In this document: positions 25,991-38,597 of the stretch, in pieces
How the letters are laid out: the number at the start of each line of letters is the position of its first letter
How positions within the stretch are numbered: the first letter of the stretch is position 1
Source of the DNA: Balanoglossus misakiensis
Lineage: Eukaryota; Animalia; Hemichordata
Direction: 5' to 3'
Length of the DNA: 64,000 nucleotides
NCBI GenBank assembly: GCA_040954595.2
Contig: CM082595.2
Coordinates: 4,240,037 to 4,304,036 of the forward strand
Notes under the pieces: model-generated
Seen by the model: the letters and a program-made list of their open reading frames with translations, nothing else
Database searches by the model: none
What the model was told of the DNA's origin: nothing
Made by a program: the position numbers and the translations under genes

Positions 25991-28844
25991 TTTATCAAAA
26001 CCTTAAATGTCTGCAAGATTTGCCTATAAAATATCGTTGTATGGGCACACAAATTCTTGGAACCCAGCAAAATGCACATCTGCACAAAGTACAACATTAA
26101 ATTTCCACCCTAGTGCCCAGAGCAAACCTAACCTTTAAAATTTACTAATTTAGTCCACAGGGGAATGTTTGTACCAACAAGCAATTAGCTCCCCCATCAG
26201 AAAACAATGTGCATTTTAAGAGAAGCGTGGGCGTGTGACATCCAGGCATTTAATGATTCAAGACTTTATGTAACCACGCAATTTCTGAGACCCTTCGGCT
26301 AGCCTTGCGTTATTAGAAACGAGTGAGCCAGGAATCAGGTGGAGGGTGATTATTTTACAAACCTGTCCTCGGGGATGGTTTCATTGCCTCTTCCTACATT
26401 TACTAGTTCTCTTGCCACGCTTTAGATTATTCTAGAATGTCCGAATGATTCTTGAAATATACCACATCTGCCTACATCTCAGCCATTTGAGGCTAATCAT
26501 GATTATGGATGGTATATTTCTAAGCAGCAGTGGATTTGCTTTAAACCATAATGACGTTTGACCTGTTCAAGTCGAGGTTAATGCCACTATGCCGCACTTT
26601 ATCAACACACGAAATCTAATAACACTTTACCGATATTCTTCTGAACCTTTTAACGATGTTCATGTTCTAAAACCGAGGTTAGACGAATCTTCTATGGTAC
26701 AATAGGATGTCTGGGTGATACGTTGTGGTCACTAGATATCTTTCATGACCTGATAACTACCGTTATATCATTTCAACTTTGTTTATTACAGACTTCAACA
26801 AGGCAGCCAGAATCTGCTAAATCTTGGACAAAGAGGAACCATTGAGTTTATTGAAAACGGGACTGTGAATACCCGATTTACTGTATAAATTTTTAAGACT
26901 GGCTTCAACACCATAAACATGGGATAGACAAAACAATCTATCTTCCTGTGGGTCATTATCTATTTGTCAAGAAAAGCATTAGAGGTAGGTTTTATCGCTA
27001 TGCACCAGGGAGTCTAAGAAGGCAAGGGATATAATTTAACGATTGTAGCTATAGCACTCGTGCGCCAGAGAACATGTATCGTTGCGATCTTTTGCAGCAA
27101 AGTTATATCCAGTCGCGATGTAGCCATGTTGTTTCTTTGCCAGATACATCATAAGCATAATGTACATCCATAGGTACTGATCATACCAGAAAAGGATGCA
27201 GACAGTCTAAGGTTTAACAGTAATGAGTAGTCCACAAAATGCGTTTCAGTAGCAGATGAAGTTAAGCTAAGGCCAATGAAAAGAAATGTGTGGTTATGAT
27301 AACCGTACCTACCCTATTCTAAACCCATCAACCCTAAATACATTTAATGGGTGCGTCATTCAACAGGGAAGTTTAAAAAATGTAATTTAAATAAATAAGA
27401 AAGTTAAAAGTATCTGCGATTTGAAGTTTTCTTGTACAGTTACAAGTCCTGTCACTGTCTACTTGCTATAGTTCCCGCTAAATGTCGCAAATGTCTATCT
27501 TGAAAGATTAATACATGTGTGTCTGAGCAGTTGTTTGGTTATTCAATTTACTAAAATAATGTCCTTGTTTGTCCAGCATGGGATTACACATAAATAATTG
27601 CTGTGTCTATACACGGTTACTTAATGGGGCATGTAGTCACATCAGTAAAATACAAATGAGAGTCCAGTACATTGCACTGAAAATCTTGTATTTAAAGTTC
27701 GCTAACCAAATCAACTGAAATGGTTTGATTCTTAAGATATGCAATGCGTAAGAATTGTCATATATTTCACTAAATAATTAGTTGGTGTAGATAGAAGTCG
27801 ATAGCCACATGTAGTGTATCTGCATGTACCATGCCCAAAAGTGTGAATGTTTTCCATCAATATGCCAATTAACACGCCAGCTGTCCATTTTAAAGGAAAC
27901 TGGAGCTCCTAAACATTGGGGTTGTTTCGTGATTTTGTTTCTATTATGCCAGCTTCAATGTAGAACACTTATACAGAGGCTCACTTTCCTGACATCCACA
28001 CAACACACAGACCGAGAAAATAGTGGCAGCGTCATGATAAGGACGATACGATCACCTCCGCCGGGGGACAATAAAGATTCTGAAGTGTGATTACATTTGC
28101 TGGGTTTGTGTAAAGCCCTAGTGATTTATTGGTTTCAGGAAAACGCCGCCCCAACTAAAGCCTGTGTATAGCCGTTCAAATATTCGTTAGCTTTTGGAGC
28201 AATTTATTGTGCAGCCGAATGCAGTATACATATGGCTATTGATGACACAGTGATTGCAATTCAATTTCGACCGACAATTTGCTAGAAGTACACCATCTTG
28301 GAACGAGGTCAATTTTGCGAATTATCTGTGAAGTGCAATATGTGCATATCATGACTGAGTGATATAGAGGCATCAATTCATGTATCTGCAGATGGCAGAT
28401 GGTGTGCGTTTGATAATGATACGGTTGCAACACATGTCAGTGGCATAATCACAGACCCGCAATTTTTGTGACATTTGCTTTTCAAGTGTCAGTATAGTAT
28501 ATCACGTTTCTCTGATAATTTTGCTTCATATTCATTGTATGCACTCCATATGAGTCAGGCCGGTGATGCACATCCGTTCTATCACACTTCTTGCGTGATT
28601 CTCGTATCATAACCATCATTTGCGCTTGACATGACGGGTCGTTGATGTTTGTCCGATTTTGCAAAACTCTGGTTGACGTGACGCAAAGGGGACCACTCAG
28701 TCCTCAGTACTTTCACATTTACATTAAATGCGCTCCCTTGATTAGACAGTAATTTTATATGTCTGTAAACTGTGGATGTTGATGTTTGTGTATTTGCTTC
28801 ACGTATATAATGACTGCGTGCCGCGAAGTATCAGTTTCCCAATA

Positions 28845-28892
28845 CATTGTACATCACAGAGCACCATCACAGGTGCTCTGTGATATACAATG
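28845..28892. repeat. Inverted repeat/hairpin, 21-bp arms (20/21 match), 6-nt loop
   Basis: CATTGTACATCACAGAGCACC-atcaca-GGTGCTCTGTGATATACAATG. Confidence 0.85.
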
Positions 28893-31800
28893 ATGTGGCT
28901 GTAACATGTGGCTCTTGAATAATGGCAAACCTATTTAGCACTTATAATTTGTGACATTTCGCCTTTTGAAGTACCAGTAGACAATATATAAATATTTCAT
29001 CCTTTTTATAGAACACAATCACTAGTCACCTGTTGAAGGTGTACATATTCAATATCTAAAATAGAAGTGCGGGCGTTTTTTACAATATAAAGTTGCACAT
29101 ACGATGGAAAAAAACATCAAAACAGAAATGGTGGCTGATAATAGCTAGGCAGTTTATATAAGACATGTTCATGTGACACAGAATAAACAACATACAGCAA
29201 ATCGTGTTAAAATGCAAAAAAGTTATTTCTTTTTAAACTTTTCTAGTTTCATACAAAGCTTGACATGTTTTACTTGGCTTGCAACACTGAATTAGTATCC
29301 TATAGCTCAGCCAGACTTGGAGCAAAGTAATCAATAAATGTTATGCACAGGTTTTCCCATGGTAACGAAATATCAATTTGAAAAATGAATTTGGACAGGA
29401 AATTTAACCATTTATTTTTACAGGCATAAATCATTGGGCTTACATTCATGATCCCCGGAAGAGTGATCGTCATACATGATACATGAACAAATATGTTTTA
29501 CGATAATTTCCCAAAGGTGGTCGTGCATCATTCGCCCAACTGATATCAGTCGCGCCTGGCACAAAGAACCATAACTGATAAAGCAACCACGAAACCTGTT
29601 GTCCTAAACATCTTCCCAAGTTATATATCCTGTAGTCTAACCAACTTCAAGGCTTAGAGCAATGTAACTGGATGGGCTAACCATCGCCATTTGCATGTCA
29701 TTATTAGAGTTATGCTGAAAATCGCGCAATGCTACGTCCCTGATAGAAATCAGAATGTATTAATATCTGAATATCTGTCCCCAAAGAATTATTCTGCATC
29801 CGTTTCACTTAACATGTAATTTAACGTGAGCTGCGTCTAGGACGTGCTAGTTTTCACCCTTTGATGACCCTATATCATTCACACTATATGGCCAATACAA
29901 GACTAAGACATCCTTTAACCATATATGAGCATATGTAAATTATATGCTAATTATTAGGATATTTAGGGTAATATCTCAGATAAACAATTTTACACGATGC
30001 AACGGGCTGATTTATGATCACACAAGGGAAAGTAAAGATTTATGGCAAGCGTGCATTTCTTATCTTATCGGTTTGGTGTCCACAGGACACATATTGGCCA
30101 AGTTTGTGGGCGACTTGGGGGAATCTCATATTCCCTTGGGTTAGATAAGCGGCAAAGTTGTTTGGAAAATCATAAATTCTGCGGTGTTCGGCTTGGTGAA
30201 GCGTCACGATGCACTCATGAACACAGTCTCTATAAGCTTGTGTGTTTTCCGGATGTTACCCACGTTGGACACGCATTAAAGTGACATCTGCCGTGCCCTT
30301 GAAAGTTGTATGCTGGGAAACTGACCAATTCCAACACAACATTTTCAGTACGTACGCGATACATTGCATAATAAACATTGAATTTCAGATGATATACGTA
30401 CTCTAGGATATCCATTTTCACGTTGATACTCCCCATGGAGCGACTCCATTCTACAGTTTCGACACTCTCGTATTGGCTGTTCAAACCTGCCGCATGCAAT
30501 GTTCTTAACTTTATTTAAACACACGACGCCTGTGGATTACAGAAAATCAATAACTTCAATCATCGCAGGGTTGGAATGTGCAAGAATGATTGAACGTGTA
30601 GCTGCTCGAAGTTGCACATATGCCAAATTCGTATCTTCGTGGGCTCTCAGCTGAACTGGCAGATATATTTGATAGATTTCTTCGGGAAAGGAGGCCTAAA
30701 TGCAATATGTCGCCTTAGGCTTTCGTACGTGGCAAAACACGCGTCAACATGCTTAGTGCATTTTGCAACAGTTCCAGCAAAGCAAAGAAACTTAATCATC
30801 CCACTCCTTTGGGAGAAAAGGGTGTGTTTCATTCCAGTCATTTAATGGAGGATTACGATATCCAGCAGTGACGTGCCTCACTTCCAATTTTGCTTCGTCA
30901 CATATTCCAAATCCAAATTGACTTCTTTTCTACGAATCTCAGCCAAATACATCTACTATGCATTTTAAGTGTCTGAAAATTCTTAATCCGTCAGGTACAT
31001 CTACTGCAGAAAAAGTGCTTTAAAATTGTCCGAGTATGAGTTAAAAGTATCACTGTATCCAATTAAAGACACAATTTTCTCTCGTGCATCATGAATACTA
31101 AAAAATAAATATTATAATTTGCTTTTAATATAATTAATGTAAATAAATTCAGAACTATTTTTGTTAGGTTTTGTAATGTATGCGACATGAATCATTCCTT
31201 CGAACAGAGGGCTTCTGACTCCTACATGATCTGGTAGTACATGTATATGGTAATGGACATGAAAGCACTTCAAGCACAGCCAATCGGCGGCCAAATTCAC
31301 GCATAAAACAATGCAACACATAGTCAAATCCCTGAAAAGGGCATCATAGTCTCGAGGCGTACCATCACAAGTCGATGCCGTGGAAAGTACGAGCGATTAC
31401 CTCATCTGTCATATGAAAAGTGCCATTGACTTGACTGTAAAATATAGTTGGAAATTTAGGTCAAGAAATCACTACTGAGCATTGCACTGATCGTCGAGAG
31501 TATGTGCTTAGCGTTTCAAATCCAGGCGTGCTCGGGAAATAAATCAATTTTTACAAGTTATTTGCGTATTACTTCGGACATGGCAAACACTTTGAAAGCT
31601 AATTCAACATACAAGTTGCGGACAAGGCCTTCAGATATGTTTATGCTCTTGGAAAATTCTCATTTACAAGGTGAAAACTTGCTATTCCGCATGCGTTGAC
31701 TGAATCGCCAATGACACAATCGATACCACCTGTCACCGAAATCTTTGAAGTACAATAAAAGGGAGATTTATCTTCTGATGGAGTCAGATTTTGTGATGGC

Positions 31801-34800
31801 CGTGGGGAACGCCAGACGATAAGTTTTGTTTAAAACCCGCAAGGGATAATGCGTTTAGATTTTGCCAATCATTCAAGCAAATGGCAACAAATTGGAACGC
31901 TATTTAAGTATGCCAACACGACCCACATCAATCCCCAGGGAATCCTGTGAGTGTAGCAGCACTTTAAACTGTGCTTCCACACGCTTCTGTTTACAACATC
32001 ATTAATAAATCTTGCCTGTAGCGGCCAGGAAATGCTTTACACTTTATCCATGGCGAATTCTTTCCCCTTCGGTTGTAAAGAGACTCTGTCACTTAATCGT
32101 TTTATAATGACCGTAACGACTAGATATGGTAAGCAAAATAAAGACAATGCCTTTCAGGTGATGATTCCAGCAGGAAGTACTTAGCAGACTCATTGCGCTT
32201 AATATCCTAAACTGCAGTTCAATAAATGATGTACTGCGTGTAAAATTCAAAAGAACTATTTTGTTCTAACCCGTATTTACATCAGTAATTCAACTCTAAA
32301 TACCAATGATGCATAATTTATCGATATGGAAAATACATGTGTACCAGAGGGTGTCCTGCCTATTGTTTCAGCGCACTACCCCATCCCCGGTAGCACAATG
32401 CATTGTGGGACTAGACGCAGAAGTATATTGTATAGAACTGGCTATGGGGTACCTAAAGAGTTTATGATGAACTATATCTAAAACATCTCCCACGCAAATA
32501 AGACAATACATGTACTAACATGCTCACAGATGCAGCACAAAAGCGTTACAGGTTGCGTAGCCCAAACCTTTATGATACTAGCGCAGCATGCTGACACACA
32601 GTTTCGTGGGAACCCTGCTTCCGGTATGACCTCTTTGAAAAACAGCGATGCAACAAGGATCAACGTCACCATTACAAATTGTGTGTAAATCTCAAACAAG
32701 ACACAATCAGAATCCATTGAAGAGAAAAAATACCTGCGTCATTATATATTAAACAAACACCCTGGAGTGTATGATTTATATATATTATTTTCAAATCTGT
32801 GTATATAGTAATCGTGAAATATGATCATGTCTGTTGGGAATAAGTGGATGGTTTTATGCCTATAATGTAACGCTCCCCATGCTCTAGACAATAATGCCCC
32901 CAATTACTTTTAATGCTCTAAATACCAATAAATTGTAGAATAAAAAGCAATCACCTTCACTCATAAGAATTTCTGTAGCATTTATCAGAGTACGGTACAT
33001 GAAAATGTGCAGGAAGACCGTTGTGCCTGGGGCGTCGTGAGTTCATTTTCTGCTGAAAGATATAAGTTCGTTATATTGTCTTGATTTCAACTGTGACTTC
33101 CAGATTATGCCATAAAACGTCAAATTTATTGCTTATTTTCGTCGTTTGTTGTTACTGGTTTTGAGTAGATATATGAGGGACGAGTTAAATGTCGGGTCTG
33201 ATGGGTATTGGCAGTCTAGTAGGGACGGTGTTGAACCAAATTTGCTAAAGTAATTTTGATCTGCTGTGTTCATGTCTTCACATACGACGTCTTGGAACAG
33301 AGACATGCATGTCGTTTGTACTTTGTCTGATCAAAGGTTGTCAGATGCCACGCCCCTCCCCATGTGCTCGCCGGAAGTCTGCCGAAAGCCAAGAATGATT
33401 TTAATAATCTGCGAAATCTGTCATCATTTCCATTATAAGTGCCTGGGGCCTTTTGCTGTCTGGCGACTCCCGTCATCTTTTGTCAGATCTGTCTGTTTCA
33501 TAGGGAGTCACGGAGTGTTTTGTCGCGTCGAACATCGCTTAAAATGATAAATATTTTAAAAGTTGTCCGCTCGCTATTGATGCCAATGCTCTACCCTTTA
33601 AAGTTCACTCATTACTCCCCCAGCCACATAAATGCCTCATGAAAAAAGAACGAAAATCTCCTGTGTACATTACGTACAAATGGCGCCCAAAGTTCTGAAA
33701 GCTTCGTGTGATTGTTGAAGATTCCATCCTCCGCATCTCGCAGACTATAAATAATTTCTACTGTTAATGTAACTTCATCACCGGAGCAAAGACGGCTTCT
33801 CACGAACGCGCTGTGATCATTCTCCGGCTGAAATTTTGTTTCTGTTGGTATTCTAAAGCGAATATAGACCTATACGCGAAGTGGTTGTCACTTTTCGTCC
33901 AGAACGCCATTGTAGTCAAACTACCTCGCATTTAAAATTCCTTGTTTACCGCGTATAAATATGACAAGTCCCTGGTATAAGTCACGCTTTCTTGGGTAGT
34001 TTGTAAATTGTTCTTTCCAGAACTCCTGCCAGGCAAGATTCATTGCACTGACAGAGAAGCTGATACGGTTGCAGTGACAGACCAATGGCAATCGAATATA
34101 GAGGAGAGATGTACCTGTTGGCACTCAGTTTCAGCGGAAACTTACAATCAAGCTTTATTGCTTTCGAAATTGCTTTGCTGGAGACTACACAATTCGGGAT
34201 TTGCTTATCAAGTATTGATTACGACAAACGCGACAAATCTATCAAGGGAGGGATTCAACTTAATCATTTAAGAACAGGCAACGTATTTTGATTTAGACAG
34301 TTGTGAATCAATCAATAGGTTACTTAATAGAAATGCTGAAAACGTTGAACAAAGTTCAAAACGCCTGAAATTTATCCCCACAAAATTCAATACAGGCCTT
34401 TTATAGGATAGTAAGAATCGGAGGATTTTGCCAATATGTCAGTTGTCATGCCAACCGTATTGATACACCTGTCTCTGTAAAATCTAGTGTGGACAGTATG
34501 CCTGACATAATGTGATACAACTTTGTCTGACAATAATGACTGTGGAATATGTGAATTATATTTGATTGTTTGCATATACCTGATATCATAGCTTAAGCTA
34601 GGGAGCTTCTGCTTATTGTTTCATCAGCAAACAATGAACTCGGGTATAACACAGAGGCTAGCGAAATCATCTCGGAAATGGCTGTCACGCATACTTTGCA
34701 AATCTCACCGTTACACCCGAGTAAAATTCAACCTACCATGTACTTTCTGTAAAGGTTATTTTTCGTACTTTTCATGAAAGTTAATATTACAGCCGTAGAA

Positions 34801-36470
34801 ACAAATGTATGGAAACAGATGTCATCGTTAGCCAGTAAACAATTCCACGTCGATGTGTTTGGCCCCATTGACATCAAATGCACTTTTATGTTACAGGTGT
34901 TGATATGAGACAAATCGGGTAAGCCTTTTGTAATGCGGGTTTTATTATAGACACGTGTGACACCTGTCATGTGTCATTGCATGGGGGTTACCGAAGGACA
35001 AGGTGACCCTGTCCCGTGCGTCAAGGTTAAACTCGATTCCTGCATTGTGTACGTGCATGATTCAATTTTGCACGTGCTCTTGTCTTTAACGTGTGATTGC
35101 ATCCTATTTGACTAAGAGACTGATACATGGTGAGTGCTACGTGTGAACAGGATACACCTGACATCACTTCCTGATCTTTTTGGCGGAAGTCCATTTGTCT
35201 TTCTTTCACTTGTACTGTGTGTTTTGTTGAATGTCTGTGCTGTACTGTATTGTTTTATTTTTTTTTCAACCGCGGCCATGTTGATACCGTATATTTGACC
35301 GATGAACTTTAAAATATGGATGGGTGTGATCGCAATTGTGCCCTTGTTGAGAATTATCATAGTTTTTGATAGAAAGACGGAACTAATTTGGGGGTATCTG
35401 TTCAACCTATGATGTAATTCAGAAGAGTAGAGAAACTAAAGACAGGCCCTGATGGGAAACATCATTGGGGATATTAAGAGGACATAGGAATTGGGAAAAC
35501 GACATATAAAATCCATCACTTGCATTTATGTGATTGGATTTGTACGGCGCGGGCGTTTGCATCGACATGTGTTGATTTGTGAGGAGTGTTTGAAAGGCTG
35601 TGTCCCAGCGGAAACGCATTGAATGATAACTGAAAACGGAAATCGTGGTGGAGTTGTGGAATGAAGGGAAAACTTGCTGCGATATGCACACGGCACCAAA
35701 AAAATGGTTTGCAAAGACGCCAATGTATGATTTATACGTCATAACTATAATCCTTCACGTGCATCATATCTCTAATGACACAGAGGTATCAGTAAAGCCT
35801 GTCGTTGTGTATAAAGCACAGCAGTGTACTGAACATTCAACCGATCGTGTTTTTTTCAATTTTCGAGCAACTTCGATTCGCTGCCACAGACTTTTTATCC
35901 CACGCATGTCTTGGTCCTTGATGACCTGTCCTTATTATAATTACGACCCCTGACCTTGTCGCGCTTAGTTTCTAATCTGGCTTGGGCACATACAGTGAGT
36001 AGAGTTACATTAAAAAGGTAATTTATTATACATGGATATGGTGGGTGTACGAGTCGCCATTTTTGGTTCGGATGCAGGGTTGCATTAGACCGTGTATAAA
36101 CCGATTTCAGAAAACCAATACATAGCAAATGGCAAATCGAATCTACGGGGAAACACAAACGTTTCCCGCACGGTTCACGAAGTTTAATTAAAGTCCAATT
36201 TGTTGCTCATGAATCCATTTTGATGGCGTTGTGTCAGTGCGAAAAACCTACTCACACGTCAGCTGTCAATTTATTGATTGAATGCGTCTCCCAGGCATGA
36301 CAAAGGTTTATGCGTGGTTAGACCCGGTCTGGTCCAGAAAAAAATGACTCCAAACGCCCCCAACGTTTTATAATCAAGACGGCCTACTCATCATTATGTA
36401 GATCTGGATATGCGTATATCAGCGTGATACTTAAAGTGGGTCTTCATGGCTTGTACAAAAACTTTTTTGC

Positions 36471-36611
<141 letters not shown>

Positions 36612-37562
36612 GAAAGGAGTATGTTTGTACAGTGATTTAACTCACCTAATGTCACTTGACAAACCCATTGGCGAAACGCGTCCCTGTTCAAACAACCCTC
36701 GACATTAGTCGCCTCGTCAGTGTGTGGAAACACCAAGAAATAACCTTGTCGGCATCATATATAGAGTCTCATCTAAGATGTGGAGATCTTCCTCGCCGGA
36801 GTGGAAAGCCTGTTTGACATTTCCATCGAGCTCGGAGGCGCGTTAATTCGGGGCACTTCTGTCACGCTTTGGAATAACAAGGGTACTATAGCTTGTGTGA
36901 TATTTTTGTTCGAAACCGAGCTGTCGCCGACATCTGGTTGAAAAGTGAAATTAACCACTGAAAAAATATATATCTGGAAATCAGTCAATACATGGGTCAA
37001 TATGGTGCAGCGAGACAGCTGCAGTGGGAATTACGGCCTGTTGAATCGTTTCATTTACAGAACAGTAACCACAACTGGATAACTAAAAAAGATTCTATGA
37101 CAGGCTAGTCATGGGTTTAATTCAATCAGCATTCATTAGTTAGCTACCGAAATATGTCCGTCAAAGCAAGGAAATAACTGTTTGCGGCGGCTTCTCTTGT
37201 AGGTACCCGATGAATGATTGCCTCCGTTGCTTTTGCATGTTTTCGTAAAATCCATTAACCCATTTTCTGCGTTCTACTTACGCCGCGTAGCAGTTTGGTT
37301 ACTGTTTGAGCAGTTGTCAGTCTAGTTTTTGGATTGAATAAATGTTTTAATTTCTGGCATCTTTCTGAGGAATTACTTCGGGCGCGGCCTCCCTTTGTGT
37401 TCATGTATACCTATCATTAAGCATATTTAGGTGGACCAAATTAATTTGAAATCTTGAAAATAATGCAAAAAGTGGCAGCTCTAGAGGCTTTAAAATACCA
37501 GCAACAGAGGATGAGAGAATATGACTGACAGTGTTATCATTAACTTTTTTTCTTTTTTTCAG

Positions 37563-37729
37563 CTGAAAGTCACGACAACAAGGCGTACAGCTCTCACGTG
37601 ACCGGCGTTCGCTTCCTGCCAGAAGACAAATTCCTGGTTTCAACAGGCGGTCTCGACGCGTGTATTATGCAGTGGGTTTTGGTCGACAAGAACGGGCGAT
37701 ATTCCAATTCCGGTGGATCGGGGCTGTAG
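37563..37729 (+). CDS. EML: Terminal coding exon of an echinoderm microtubule-associated protein-like (EMAP/EML family) WD40 protein
   Basis: Strong acceptor (tttttttctttttttcAG), phase 1, then x-ESHDNKAYSSHVTGVRFLPEDKFLVSTGGLDACIMQWVLVDKNGRYSNSGGSGL-stop (TAG 37,727-37,729). SSHVT-x-V-x-F...L-x-STGG-x-D-x-x-I-x-QW is the characteristic last WD repeat of EML proteins. The paralog cannot be assigned. Confidence 0.88.
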
Positions 37730-38015
37730 GTAAAGATCTGTGAGAAATTCCATCCAACCGTCAGAAAATTTCACAAAGCTGCTGCTATGTACATTGTAGA
37801 ACAATCGTGTACAGATGATTTTCAGGTGATGGGGAAGGTGGCTAGTGGAGGTTTTTAACGCTAAGGCAATTTGGTTTCAACCATTGCAGCTTTCGTTGAA
37901 ATGATCATACGCAAATACGCGTGGACGTTTAGTGTATATAGTAAAAGTACTATTATGTAAAGATTTGAAGTCTTTGGTCGTTAGAAATTACTTACATGTT
38001 TTGCATAGATTTGGC

Positions 38016-38021
38016 AATAAA
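38016..38021 (+). terminator. Candidate polyadenylation signal of the EML-like gene
   Basis: First AATAAA I found after the stop, followed by T-rich sequence. Further AATAAA copies at 38,370-38,379 and ~38,424 are alternatives. Confidence 0.4.
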
Positions 38022-38398
38022 ATATTTGTTTTACTACACATTACCCTGAGCACACATGTAGGGGGCCTCAATGTTACAATCCATCGTTAATTCTACGATA
38101 AAGGGTTACAGATGATCGAACCATGCACGAAATAGACATTTATTTATTGCATTCAGCATGCATAGGCAAAATAAGTATCACATTTTGTCGTCTGCTTGTA
38201 GTAAGCAATCCAAAGTAATAGAAGTAGGATTTTTCAGTGGTAAAGAATAAGATGTAGCATATCTCCAAGGCGACAATTGCAGCCTACTATTTTTAATTTC
38301 ACACGAAGTTTGTATTAATTAAAAGCTTAACTAAGCCTTTTAAGGGATTTGCTCTTGTAAGTTGTGGAGAATAAATAAAAGGAACATAGTTATCGTTT

Positions 38399-38416
38399 AC
38401 TTCCTGGACAGGAAGT
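38399..38416. repeat. Short perfect inverted repeat ACTTCCTG-ga-CAGGAAGT just upstream of the satellite
   Basis: 8-bp arms with a 2-nt spacer. Each arm is also an ETS-type GGAA core. Confidence 0.6.
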
Positions 38417-38487
38417 GAAGATCAATAAAATATATTATGAGAAGATGCATGTGTGCGCGTGTTTGTTGTTCGAAATGTTTTATTAAA

Positions 38488-38597
38488 TAAAATGAAGAAA
38501 TTTTGAACTTTCGCAAAGTCGGAAAATTTTCGTTTTTTGATGATTGTTATAAGCTCTATAACCCAAGATTTATTTTCAAAAATCGACGAAATTTTGA
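38488..38597 (-). repeat. Diverged satellite monomer in reverse orientation at the left edge of the array
   Basis: aaattttgaactttcgcaaagtcggaaaattttcgttttttgatgattgttataagctctataacccaagatt aligns to the reverse-strand monomer aaattttgaaaattaaaaaagtcggaaaattgtgattttttgatg...ctataacccatgatt. Confidence 0.75.

Noticed and set aside
27262-27330. Possible transposon terminus resembling the reverse complement of 7,611-7,657
   Set aside because: Similarity is short and low by eye, and no paired end or target-site duplication could be defined.
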